A stretch of DNA of 59,612 bases, filler included, from Sphacelaria rigidula (taxonomy: Eukaryota), in assembly GCA_964200075.2 (NCBI GenBank). It is 7 parts of 7 records of this genome, joined end to end, with 100 filler letters (N's around TTAATTAATTAA, not from the genome) between each part and the next. Parts side by side here need not be neighbours in the genome. Positions count along the whole stretch, not along the records: positions 17,063 to 25,492 come from CAXNAA020011150.1; positions 25,593 to 34,022 come from CAXNAA020011151.1; positions 34,123 to 42,552 come from CAXNAA020011152.1; 4 more parts are not named here. One strand, given 5' to 3'. The first letter of the stretch is position 1, and every line of letters begins with the position of its first letter. Under the pieces are notes generated by a model. That model saw nothing but the letters and a program-made list of their open reading frames with translations. It searched no databases and was not told the DNA's origin. This document shows positions 23,675-34,907 of this stretch, piece after piece. A program made the position numbers and the translations under genes.

Positions 23675-25592
23675 CACAACAGTTTCTGCAGCTTGGCCGC
23701 CACGATCAGTGGATCGACAGCCAAGGTACATGAGCACCGGTGATAGCTGTGTGCGTGGCGTAATGGCAAAGGTCGTAGTTCGGAGAAGAAGCCGCAGCAG
23801 CTCATGGGCTCAGCACGGTAGTCGATCTAGATCGTGGATACTTTTACTTATTGAAGTTGATACCACTTCAACAGATGACCTACTTTTTTTCTCGACGTCA
23901 AAGGGTTGATGGAGAGCGGCGGGAAACTTTTGTCGTGTTCTGTGATTGTTTTATGAGCATGATGCCGGTTCGATTTTCATGTACAATCGATGCCGATTCC
24001 ACAAAAGACTTGTTTTGTTTCGTTTTCAGCCCAAAGAGCAACATGGATGATGAGTGCGTACGAAGGCTCAACACAACCCATCACAGTCAAGGTGAACCTG
24101 AGAAATTGACCGCCCCCGCAAACCAAGAACACATACGGTAGGAACGAATTTGACCATTTGATCGTTAACCAAGAAACGATTTTACCGCCATGCAAAAGCA
24201 CATTTAGTGGCAACGAATTCGCCCATTTGACCGCCATGAAAGGTTATATGTTATTGAAACGGCATCAGTTGCTTGGACTTGACGAATTACTGCGTGGCCC
24301 AGATGACCTACCCTACCGATCAAAGGATTAATACAGTGAAAATGAAGTAAAGTCGAGACCATACGATATACATGCATGATAGTTGTGTGTATTACGTGTC
24401 AACAGTGATTTCTATATTTCTACATTCGTTGTGTGATGTGCGTTTGTGCGTTACCGCTGACCTAGCTCGTACGTAACTAGCCGAAACGGTAGGTACCACC
24501 CCCAATCATGCTTGGAGTAGAATTGAAAAGCGGTTTCATCCACGGGGAGGGAGAAACGAGGATCGTGAATAAGCACTTCATTGTTTCCGCGTTTGATCGA
24601 TGCACTCGTGTGTTCAGGGGCATCGCAGTTCGTGTGTAACAGGTCAAAATGGTAGATATACACACGGGTGCCCGTGTGATCATATTGGGGAGCCATAGTC
24701 ATAAGACCATGATCATATTCGGGGGGGAGGGGATGCGCGCATTAAACCCCGCGATGAGGTATTTTGTCTCCGGCTTTTACATGTCAACTACATCAAAAAT
24801 ATTTAGACATAACCCAAAGGTATTGACATACGCTATATATGCCAAAATGGCGAATATCACCCCCAAATTCACGGTGGTAGCCACCTGCGGGGACGGCTAT
24901 TTTCTCGTCCGTTGCGTCACAATGCACCCCCTGCCCAAATCCGACTCCACCGATGTTGTTTATATTTTATGATGCGCCCTTCATCAACATTTGGGCTCAT
25001 GAGCCATCTTTTACGGCAGCGAATCTCGATTTTTTGAGACGGGGACTCAAATTCGCGAACTCAAAGTCGGGGGGACCGCTTTATGGTATCACAGATTCAT
25101 CAAATAGTTCTGTACCGTCATTTTCTGCATGAATGTGGTATTGCGTCCTCGTGCATGAAGCCGAAGGGCAGGCAGGCGGTGAATACCCCTTCAAGAACAG
25201 TGTCGTACCATGGTACCTTAGGGTACTACACTGCAGGGCACTCCATGATTACAGTACATGATAATGCCGTGTGGTAGTACATGGTGGTACAGTCGGTATT
25301 GCGAGAGCAGTGCACAATCAGCGCGCAAGAAGAGTTCAGTAGTCCAGTGCGATACATCACCCTGCAACTGCAGCGACAACAGACTGGGAGAGTACTGCAC
25401 CGTTCGGTATAGTGATCCATGTTGGAATAATTCGTGGTCGTGGCACTGTCCTTACGACAGACCAACTACTGTTCAGCGAACAGTAGTGTGCANNNNNNNN
25501 NNNNNNNNNNNNNNNNNNNNNNNNNNNNNNNNNNNNTTAATTAATTAANNNNNNNNNNNNNNNNNNNNNNNNNNNNNNNNNNNNNNNNNNNN

Positions 25593-25690
25593 TCTTATGA
25601 CTATGGCATGCATGATCATGAGTACCCCCCCCCCCCCGTTCGTTATGGTGGTATGACTACGGCATGGAACATCATGAGTACATCCCCCCA
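25593..25690 (+). mobile_element. Two family A 3' fragments, each followed by C-runs
   Basis: tcttatgactatggcatgcatgatcatgagtac(C)n and atgactacggcatggaacatcatgagtacatcccccc. Confidence 0.75.
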
Positions 25691-26251
25691 TCCCAGTCCG
25701 TTAATGCATAGCAGAATGGTGGAGACGGGGACCATCGGATTATATTGCTTTTCAACTCACTGACTGTATTGCTCTTCAACTCACTACAGCAACGCCCACA
25801 ACGTTGAAATCATGAGCGTTCTATTGGTAGAGGTTTGACGGGGATACAAAAACGTCAACTATACGCTTTGCTTCGAGTTGAAAATTATGTCAACAAGTGG
25901 CTCACAAATCGTATTTTATTCGACTTGCTGTTGCACTGACTGCGCCTCCGCACCTACTCTCTGGATACTGTTGTGCTGACACAGAAGACAATACTCTCTT
26001 CGAACACATCGTTGTTGAGATGCTCACGGGTGCACGCACGTAACCTACGATCAAGGGATTCTTAATTGTTCCGCCACACAATACAACAAGGGTCCATAAA
26101 ACTACTTGCACACGGTAACGCAAACGCGTACTTGGTTTGACGTTTGAACAACCCGCATCCTACACGCATGATACGGTATTGCCCTTAAACACAAAAAAAT
26201 GAAGGCTATCATAACACAATGCCAGCGTGGCGTAGTGCACAAACGCGGTAT

Positions 26252-26366
26252 TTATGATTCTGAAGTCCAAGAGACACGCGAAATATCCATATCCAACGGG
26301 AGTGTAGCACGAGGCCCGAGGAGCTTAGATTCTCCAGCAGCAGCCGCGGCACAGCCATGATGATTC
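26252..26366 (-). CDS. Possible terminal exon of the same minus-strand gene
   Basis: ctaaaaccagcacag| acceptor, phase-compatible with 27021-27164, giving K-NHHGCAAAAAGESKLLGPRATLPLDMDISRVSWTSES*. Confidence 0.28.
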
Positions 26367-27020
26367 CTGTGCTGGTTTTAGTGTGCATCCAGGTCACATT
26401 ATTCATGCTATGACTGCCCCCTTCACAGTGAAATATGCCTTTGAGGTACGCATATAGCATTTACTGAGACAACCCCGGTGCTCTCTGCAGCCAAGATATG
26501 AAGCTACGAGGTTCCTCAGTGCTCACGCGATTTGCCTCTGCCGTGAACAAAATAGGTGAGGTCGACAAAAAGCGCCGATCTCGAGCTTCAACGACGACTG
26601 CTGGAAACGCGTTTTTCGTTTGTGTGGTACTGTAACAATGCACGTTTTCAGTACATGGTGAATTTTATGCGATCGCGTGCCGGAGGGCCAGGATAGAAGC
26701 TGATGGAAGGCGATGAAAGCTGGCCACCGCTTTGTACTAGGAGTGAGGGCATTTGCCGAGAAAGGTTAGGGCAAAAAAACACAGTTTGTGTACTGTGACA
26801 TGTAATACTCGTAGAGTTGGTGAAATGGACCCAGTGCTCTTCGAGAACGCAGTCACAGATGCCCTGCAGCTGTGTATCTGCAGTTTTCAGGTTCCATACT
26901 GTAGTTTATCGAGTTTGACAATTTCACCGCGCCTTGTTTTTGGGGGATGGGGAAATATTTGACACACACACTAAATCAGGCCAAACACTGGTCAGGGGGT
27001 TAGACCGCACGCAACCGCAC

Positions 27021-27164
27021 TTGTGGAGGGTGACGGCCATTTCGCTCTCCGACACGCCTCTCGAAGCGTACACCTCCTCTGATACCGCCTCCAGAATCAG
27101 CCTGAATCGGGGTCCATATGTGCGCAGGAACGACGCTTCGGTGCCCACCGCCTGGCGCAGCTGC
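27021..27164 (-). CDS. Putative internal exon of an unknown protein
   Basis: GC-rich stop-free 144-nt block QLRQAVGTEASFLRTYGPRFRLILEAVSEEVYASRGVSESEMAVTLH, bounded by tttttgcatgcgcag| and |gtgcgg. No recognisable family. Confidence 0.45.
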
Positions 27165-27319
27165 CTGCGCATGCAAAAAGTGTTCGAACAGTGGCTATTG
27201 AAGCAGCGGCGCGGTACTATCATGTACCGTACCGTACAGTCAGTATAGTGGTGCACGTGACCGCGCGGATTGCTCAGATTGCCTGACATTGCCTACTTGA
27301 GTACTGGTTTCAAATCTTG

Positions 27320-27592
27320 CAAGGGCGTGGCGGGTAGGGTATGTACTCCCGAGTACCCGGGTAAAATACCTGGGTATTTATTCTACCCAAGGTTTGGGTA
27401 GTTTGGGTATGGCCCCAAATGCTTTGCCCACAATTTGGGCGGACTTGGTACGACCTCAATTATTCCACCCAAATTTTGGGGACGTACTCTGGGCAACATC
27501 CGCGTACGGAGTATCACGTGGATACGACCTCAATACCCCAAATTGAGTAATGTGGGTGCAATCTCTCATACTCTACCTAATTTTTCGGTAGA

Positions 27593-27637
<45 letters not shown>

Positions 27638-28010
27638 GTCATCCCATCTATTCTGGACGCCGGCCTACAACTTTCGGTATATGTGGGCGCACCAGTCGGG
27701 GTCACACAGGAGGAAGGCCAACACAGGAATTTTTCTTCTTTATTTGTTTTAGTTCTCCACTTTCCTTCTGCGGTTCTTGCCTATCTTTTCTTTTTTTTGT
27801 CGCGAGAGGGGTTCAGCAGTCCCTTTGCCTCGTCGACCGCTAAGTCGAATTGGGTACGACCTTAAAAACTTTACCCAATTTTGGATAAGTCCTCTGAGCA
27901 ATATCCGGGTGTAAAGTTATAACTTGGGTATGATCTCGATACTCTACCCAAATTTGAGGTAATTCGGGTACGATCTCTAATACTCTATCTAAATATTGGG
28001 CAAGTAATCT
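27320..28010. mobile_element. Diverged relative of the 2312-3061 hAT-like MITE, interrupted by SINE C (27595-27850, minus)
   Basis: Starts caagggcgtggcgggtagggtatgtact, with internal gggtacgacctc..tactctacccaaattt units. Right TIR not evident. Confidence 0.6.
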
Positions 28011-29996
28011 TAGCAACCGCGAACGTTGGTGACTTCGTGACGTCACTTCACAGACTACCTTGACTGTGGGGGCGAATGGTGACCATCGACAAAAACAAAA
28101 AAGCGTGTGGTTTCATCGCCACTCACATGATCATGACTCCGAGTTGTGGCCGGGTTTCGGTTTCAGCACACTACACTACAGTACACTACACTATTATAAA
28201 TCAGCCCACAACCTTCTTGGGCGAATATGACTAGACACTAGACACTAGACAGTACACAGGTAGAGGGATTAAAAATGAGCGATAATGCGACCCACCCCAC
28301 CGAACTCATTACAGACAGTAAGTGAACTGCGGTACAGGACAATACAGAACTGTCTGTACAAAAAAACAACAGTAGGGCGGGCGTAGTAAGATCAATCTAA
28401 CGTATATGCTGCACCACTTACACTTGTGTGCTGTCGTCTACTATGCAGTATTTATACTAAATGCACTGCCTACGGTCTAGAGTAGTAGTCGCGATAGCGT
28501 GTGGTGTCCAACACGTATACTTGTGAACTGAACAAGATAAACGACGACGAGAGGTGCCCCAGATGTCGTCAGCGGGCAATCTAAATCTACTGTGCTGTGT
28601 ACGAACTGGTGCGAGGTATACCCAGATATTGAACTGCTGGTTCTCCTGTCCTGTCAGCTATCTTGACACCCAAGAGGGGGCAGGGTATCGACGAATGTCC
28701 TAGAAACGACACATAATCTCTGGGTGCTTGAATTGCCCACTTGTCGTGAGAAAATCGTGATCGTGGACTCAGTGCTAAGTAGGAGGTGACAAACAATCTG
28801 TAGAGGAATATGGCTGTTTCTGACCATGAGCTGGATTCTTGCAGTCATGTTTGCGTACGTGTTTGTGTCCTGTGTGTATGTTGTTGCTGTTATCGCTGTT
28901 ATCGTCGCTGCTTCCTCTCTTCTTTCCTCTATGCGGCTGTTGCTCCTGTCTTTTTCTGTTCCTTTCCTTCTTTCTTCTGCTCTTTTTTGTTGTTGTTCAC
29001 GACTACGGGCTGGATTGTTGCAATCAGCCAATGTGATACTATCAATCGAATCAAGTCAATGGCTACTGTACCTGACCCTGTATTAGAGGTGTATCCTTCA
29101 TCGTCTTTACCCGCGGGACTGTTGGCGAATGACTGCACCAACACGAGTTGTCCAGTCTGACGGTCAACTTTAGTCGTCCTGATGCCAAGCCACCACCGAT
29201 TTTGTGAAGCGAAAAATCGAAATGTGGAAAAAAAGTAACGGAAAAACAAACTGTGGAAACTCATGCACCTCTGAGAATTCGCCACAGGAGAAATGTTCCT
29301 TCCGGAAACAAGGCTAAACACAGGCAAAACATTAAACTTGAGACAGCGCACATGACATCACAGCCAAAACATTCAGACATGCAAGCCATCCCAACCATGC
29401 GGCATTTCGTGCAGTAGTATTCATTGGTTCAGCATTTCTTGTGCTGGTACAGAAAAGACGCAACAAAGGTCAACAACATGTACACACCGGCGGCCCGCCG
29501 CACATATGCATCACCTCTATAATCCCTACGATATCGCTACTCCTCGCTAATCCACACACAACGGTCTGTTGGACGGGAATCCGTTTACTATTGGAGGAAG
29601 GGGCGGCCGCGTGTGTGTCATTTTACAACCGAACATGTGACATTATTGGTCAATGTGCGGAAACTCATTGGCGAGTGCGTGACACAATTCTAAACAGACT
29701 CAACGTGAATCAACTACATCGTACTCAGCTACGATTGGAACTACAAGTACTATATGTTTTCGGTTAGCTCGGGGCAGTGGGGCTCTGAAGCTCATACCAT
29801 ACGGATTGCCGTGTTGGGGTGTGTGCCAAGCCATGGGCATGCGCCGCCACCGATTGCTGATCACACTCATATTTCATTATTCTCTTTGAGATGGATTGTC
29901 TATTTGTCTAAATCGATTTTCTGGCAGTCTCCTTTACCTAGTGGGTGGTATCGCAGCGACCAATAACAGGGCGTAAACACAGCACTGATTTAGTGC

Positions 29997-32488
29997 GAGC
30001 TGGGCCAGCCAAGAAACCCGCATAACTTGGTCACGCGCTAACTATTTCAGTTTTTCGAATCAGCCCGGTGTATGTATACCGCTGTGAACTGCAGACAAAG
30101 CTCCTGATGACACGCTCTGCCGCTGTTCGACTTGCGCAGTTTTAATGATGACATCATTGAGTACAGCGTGCGTCCCAGATCATCTATTCTTTACGTCGTG
30201 TCATTCCTATTTTATAATTTATTACCGTGTAGCAGTCATGATTCCGTATCCGCGACTGTGAAAATCCACTGTGGTACGAAGCTTGAAATGCGCTGCCCAC
30301 TGTGAATATTTCTGAACCAAAATTATACACGGACCTTCTAGATGTCACTTTCTCACCCTCAAGTGGACGTTCCGAAAGCTTCTGTTCTTGTTTTAACGGA
30401 TGGGAGTTTTATTTTCAGATTTTTCAACTACGTGTAGCTCCAAAGTGAATATTTCTTCTTGAAATTTTGTCACGCCCCTCGTTTTGATGGTAGACATCAT
30501 CCGTAACATTTTTAGCCTTCAACACCTAGAAATAAGCCCTACACAGAAAGCTGGTTAGGCAAAAATGTCGCCCTTTCCTGGCCCATCTGTAAATCCTACT
30601 GTAGTGATGTACGAGGTTCAACACTGAGCGCGATCACAAATGGGCTGTTACACAAAAATGGAGTGCTCCCTGCCTGAGTTTCGAGTTATGAGTCGACATT
30701 TTATAAGGACCTACACGCAAGTTGAAAATTCTTGAAAAATTCCGGATTTTTTCTTCTTCATCGAGTCATGACATTCTCTTTACTGTATAGAAATTTCAAA
30801 CTGCCCGTTCTGGTTTTTTTGGCACTTTTGTTGCTTTTCCGTGGCCGCATTTTTTTTTTTTGGCCAAACTTGTATTTTTGTCCAAGAACGATCAAGAATG
30901 GTCAAATCCAAAAAAACTGCCATTTTCCTCTGGACTTGACCGTCTCTGGACAAGAATGCTTGCTTGGCCAAAACTAAAACTGCGGCCACCGGAAAACGCG
31001 AAGATCTCCTGGAATCGCCTCAACGAGTAGAGCGAGTCATTCCAAGGTCTCAAAGTTCGCCAAGCTCTCTTTTGGGTCGTAAAACGACGAAGAGGGGCCA
31101 AAAAAACACTTGAGAGGACTTTTCTACCGTTTACTACAAGGAGCGGCCTAAGAAGCGAATTTTTGGTCGATTATCAGAAAATGCATGTTGGTAGTGCCTT
31201 TTTTTATACATAACACGTGGATTTACGCTCCTGATGGCAGACAAATACGAGCTGGGCCAGCTTAAAAGCTGCTAAAACTTGCTCACATCACAGCTTCCCC
31301 AGTTTCCCGAATGAACCCGATGTAAGCATGTCACTGTGATGTGTAGACCAACCTGGTGACACACGGCACCGCCGCTGAATGAAAAAAAAAATGAAAACAT
31401 TGTACTGCATAATGTATAACCCTAACGACGGACGAAAAACAAAAAGAGAATCTGTCGGGATTCGAACTCATGACCTCCATAATTGGAGTCTCCCATCACT
31501 TGATTTATAGGGGTGCAGCAGCGTCACGGAAAATGTTGAACGCACGGCCCAATTCGACGACTGCTGAGCTGAAATTTCAGGAAGACACTCTGCACCCAAG
31601 GAACTGATACTCCACGAGTCCAGCTGCAGATTCTCCTTTTTTTCCTGGACTTGAAGCATTATCTTGTTTTTGCTAAAATTTCAAATGCCCATAACTTATT
31701 ATTATTTTTATTTTTTTATTTGCTGCATCCGTGATCTTCTGCATTTTGATAATGAAAAGCGGCTGCCAAAATTTCAACATCCAACTCCTGATATCGCGCC
31801 GTGCGTCGCCTGAGCGAGATTCACACCTGTTCTTGGCTGGTCCAGCTCGTACAAAAACGTGGAAAACTGCATTTTTGGACGTTCTGCGTCGTTTCACATC
31901 CGAAAAGAGAGCGAGGCAGATCTTGATACCTTGGGATGTCTTGCTGTACTCGTTGAGTCGGTACCAGCGCACTTGTGCGTTTTTCTCGACTTTGTCTGGA
32001 CTTCCGAGAAAAATGATCGATCTCCGAGAAAAATGGAACAAACGGATTCTCGGAAGAAACGCACAGCTGTGCTTGAACCACCTCTACGAGTACAGCAAGG
32101 CATTCCAAGGTGTCAAAATTCACCGAGCTTCTTTTTACGCGAAATGCCAGATTTCGCCGATACGCGAGATTTTTCGCTCCTATGGCAGCGCCTCCAGTGC
32201 CCCCCCCCCCCCTCCAACCGGGGAGGATTGATAGCATGAATCCGTTGCGTTGCGTCGCGAGGCAAAGCTCGCGAAGTCATGGGGCCGCTACTGCGCCGCT
32301 GACCCAGTTTCGTAAAACGACCTAGAAGCTCCAACGAGGCACTTTTTCCAGATTTTTATTCTTGACTGCCATAACAAGGAGCGGCCATATGACGTAAATC
32401 TCGTGTCAAAATTTCATCTTTTAACTCCTAAAATCATGTAGGGCGGAACTGTTCAGCCGCCAAAACGGATTCTTGGCTGGCCCAGCTC
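29997..32488. mobile_element. GAG...CTC TIR element (Sola-like) with a related element nested at 31249-31848
   Basis: Outer 19-bp perfect TIR GAGCTGGGCCAGCCAAGAA / TTCTTGGCTGGCCCAGCTC with flanks gtgc/gtac. Inner TIRs gagctgggccagc / gctggtccagctc with flanks atac/gtac. The first ~125 bp of both elements are homologous. Confidence 0.72.
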
Positions 32489-34186
32489 GTACGGAACTTC
32501 GATTTTCATGCTCGGATAATGCATCACGGCCTGGAATCTAGCAGAATGGTCGTGTATCGAACGTCAAGTGGGAGGCTCGACCCTTCAATCAAGGTCTTCG
32601 TCGCCTTGTCTTCCTCGCATTTCATCTCATGCGGCGGGAGGGAAACTTGACACGTTTGGTGTCCTTTTCGCTATAATTTGGGCTACGCAACATCGCTGTC
32701 AAAAAAAACCTATACTATAATGTACATGTACTGTGATTAGTGACGGTGCGGAGAATCTCATGATCTTGATTCCAAACCACAGCAAGTCCTCTGTGGCAGG
32801 TGTATTTTCATCGCTCTTTTCTGACGAGAACGGAGGTGAAGTACTTTCATTCACCACAATGTATATCACCATTCACGAATTAATCCATTCTACAGTACCA
32901 GTTGAAAAGGAACGAGGCTTGAAGCTAGTCGGTTCAGTTTACCGTGCTCTGAAAATCACCCTCTACCATGCCGAATCACAGTCGCATACTGCGCGATCGA
33001 TCAAACTATTACATCTCGAAAGTGAAGTAACGGCAGGTGTAACGATTGCTGGCCTCAAAATCCTAGTACAAGTCTTCAAGCGATGACTGCTGATACTGTC
33101 ACCATGAACTTTGAAAACGTAGCACGACACCGGGAGGCAAGTAACAAGGGAGCCTCTGTCTGTCGCTGTCCTGGTCTTCACTTTTCGGCACGTGTGCCAA
33201 TGCCTGCCGACTGCTGTTCTATTACCGGCCATGCTGCAAAACTGCGCCTAAACTACATGTTCGTACAACGTTACAACATCCCCATGCGACATTTTTTCAG
33301 TTCAAAGTTCCAAGGAAATGAGACTATTGCATTTCGAAGATGAACTTTTTATTGAGAACTTAAAACAACGTTTCGCAAGCGATATCTACGCGACAACCTC
33401 AAAATTCAAGGAAAATCGAGCTCTAAACGCGGTGGGGCGGGTCGGGGCGGGGGAAGAGGGGGTGCTATACAACGTAATCTACGGTACTGTTCATTGATTG
33501 ATCCACAACGACTGTGCTCTGTACACACCTTGGCAACCCGAATGGCGCAAACAGCAGGAGACTAGATTCCAGTACCTCCCGGGTAATGCTGATAAAGATT
33601 TCACGTTCAATTGGAGGAGAAATCTCGAAGAACATAGCTGCGGCCATGCGAGTAGCAGCTTGCATCAGGCAGGGCCGTACCTACTCCAAATCCGAACTTC
33701 TTACTTCACATTCGCTTCCATTGCCATTGTTCAAGACCCCTTGTCAATGTCACAGTTTTTTTGTATTTCTTCCTCGAAGAGGGAAACTTCTTACCCCGAA
33801 CACTTACTGCCCCACATTCAGGTTCGTGTGCCGATTACCGGAAGGCTCGACTAGACTACCTCGCGGCATTCATGTGGGGTAGGTGCCTCGAGCGTTCGAA
33901 AGCTTTGCTCAAGGCCAGTGCAGGGGTCCAACCCACTGGAACCTCCTGTCAACTTGTAACAGCCGATCATCTATGTTGAGGATGGTGCTTTTCATTGAGG
34001 ATGAGAACCCGGAGGATTAAAANNNNNNNNNNNNNNNNNNNNNNNNNNNNNNNNNNNNNNNNNNNNTTAATTAATTAANNNNNNNNNNNNNNNNNNNNNN
34101 NNNNNNNNNNNNNNNNNNNNNNGGTGGGGGGGTTGCCTCGGTGGCCGCGGGGGAGTCGGGGGGGGGTGGGGGGGGGGGGGGGGGGG

Positions 34187-34799
34187 CGTACTCATTTTTT
34201 GCGTGCCTTAAGCGTTTGACAGTTGACCATGCATCCCTTTCGAGACGGAGCACCGTTCCACCTCCTCATTCCTAATAAAGACACCTCCAATAGTCAGGCG
34301 ATCATTACGTTTCCCCTACACATTGCACAAAAACCGTTTACATTGTTTATCTCCGTCCTGTTTCGCCGTCTGTGGTCACCATCTATCTCTTAGTATACCC
34401 ATCGTTTTCTCCCTGCTGCCCAATGCATCAAACGATTTCATGCCACCTTCGTTCACGTTCCGCATTTCCCCCTCGAGCACGTCCCGTTCCTCCTTGTATA
34501 GTTTTCATTCTGCCACTATATGGCTCCTGCTCTCTATTGCTTTGCCACAGGGGAAATTCTGTGCATCTCCTTCCTCCTCCTCTCGTCTACTGGTAAACCT
34601 ATTTGTTCTTTCTGGCAGGTCCAGGTCCCCCACCCGAAATCACAGTTTCAGATTTTTCGCCGCGTCCATGGGGCCATGCAGACATGTTTTCATCCCGATC
34701 CCCTCTTGCAGCCCCCCGTATATCTTCAGGTGTTCTTCCTCGTCTACGTTGGGTCTGAGCACTGCCTTTCCCGTTTTTTCTGTCATGTCTCTTACACTT
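34187..34799 (-). mobile_element. 5'-truncated non-LTR retrotransposon (LINE) encoding a degenerate ORF2 C-terminus; source of family B
   Basis: Manual translation: ...HLKIYGGLQEGIGMKTCLHGPMDAAKNLKL*FRVGDLDLPER...FPCGKAIESRSHIVAE*KLYKEER... This resembles the post-RT CCHC zinc-knuckle region of non-LTR ORF2, with in-frame stops. G-runs lie on both sides. Confidence 0.8.
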
Positions 34800-34907
34800 G
34801 GGGGGGGGGGGGCTATTCGGCATCAGTCTTCCGCCGTTGAGTAGCAGAGACAGTCAGCTTGGTGCTGAGATACGAAGCAATCGGGAGAGTGAAGGATATT
34901 TGATTAC

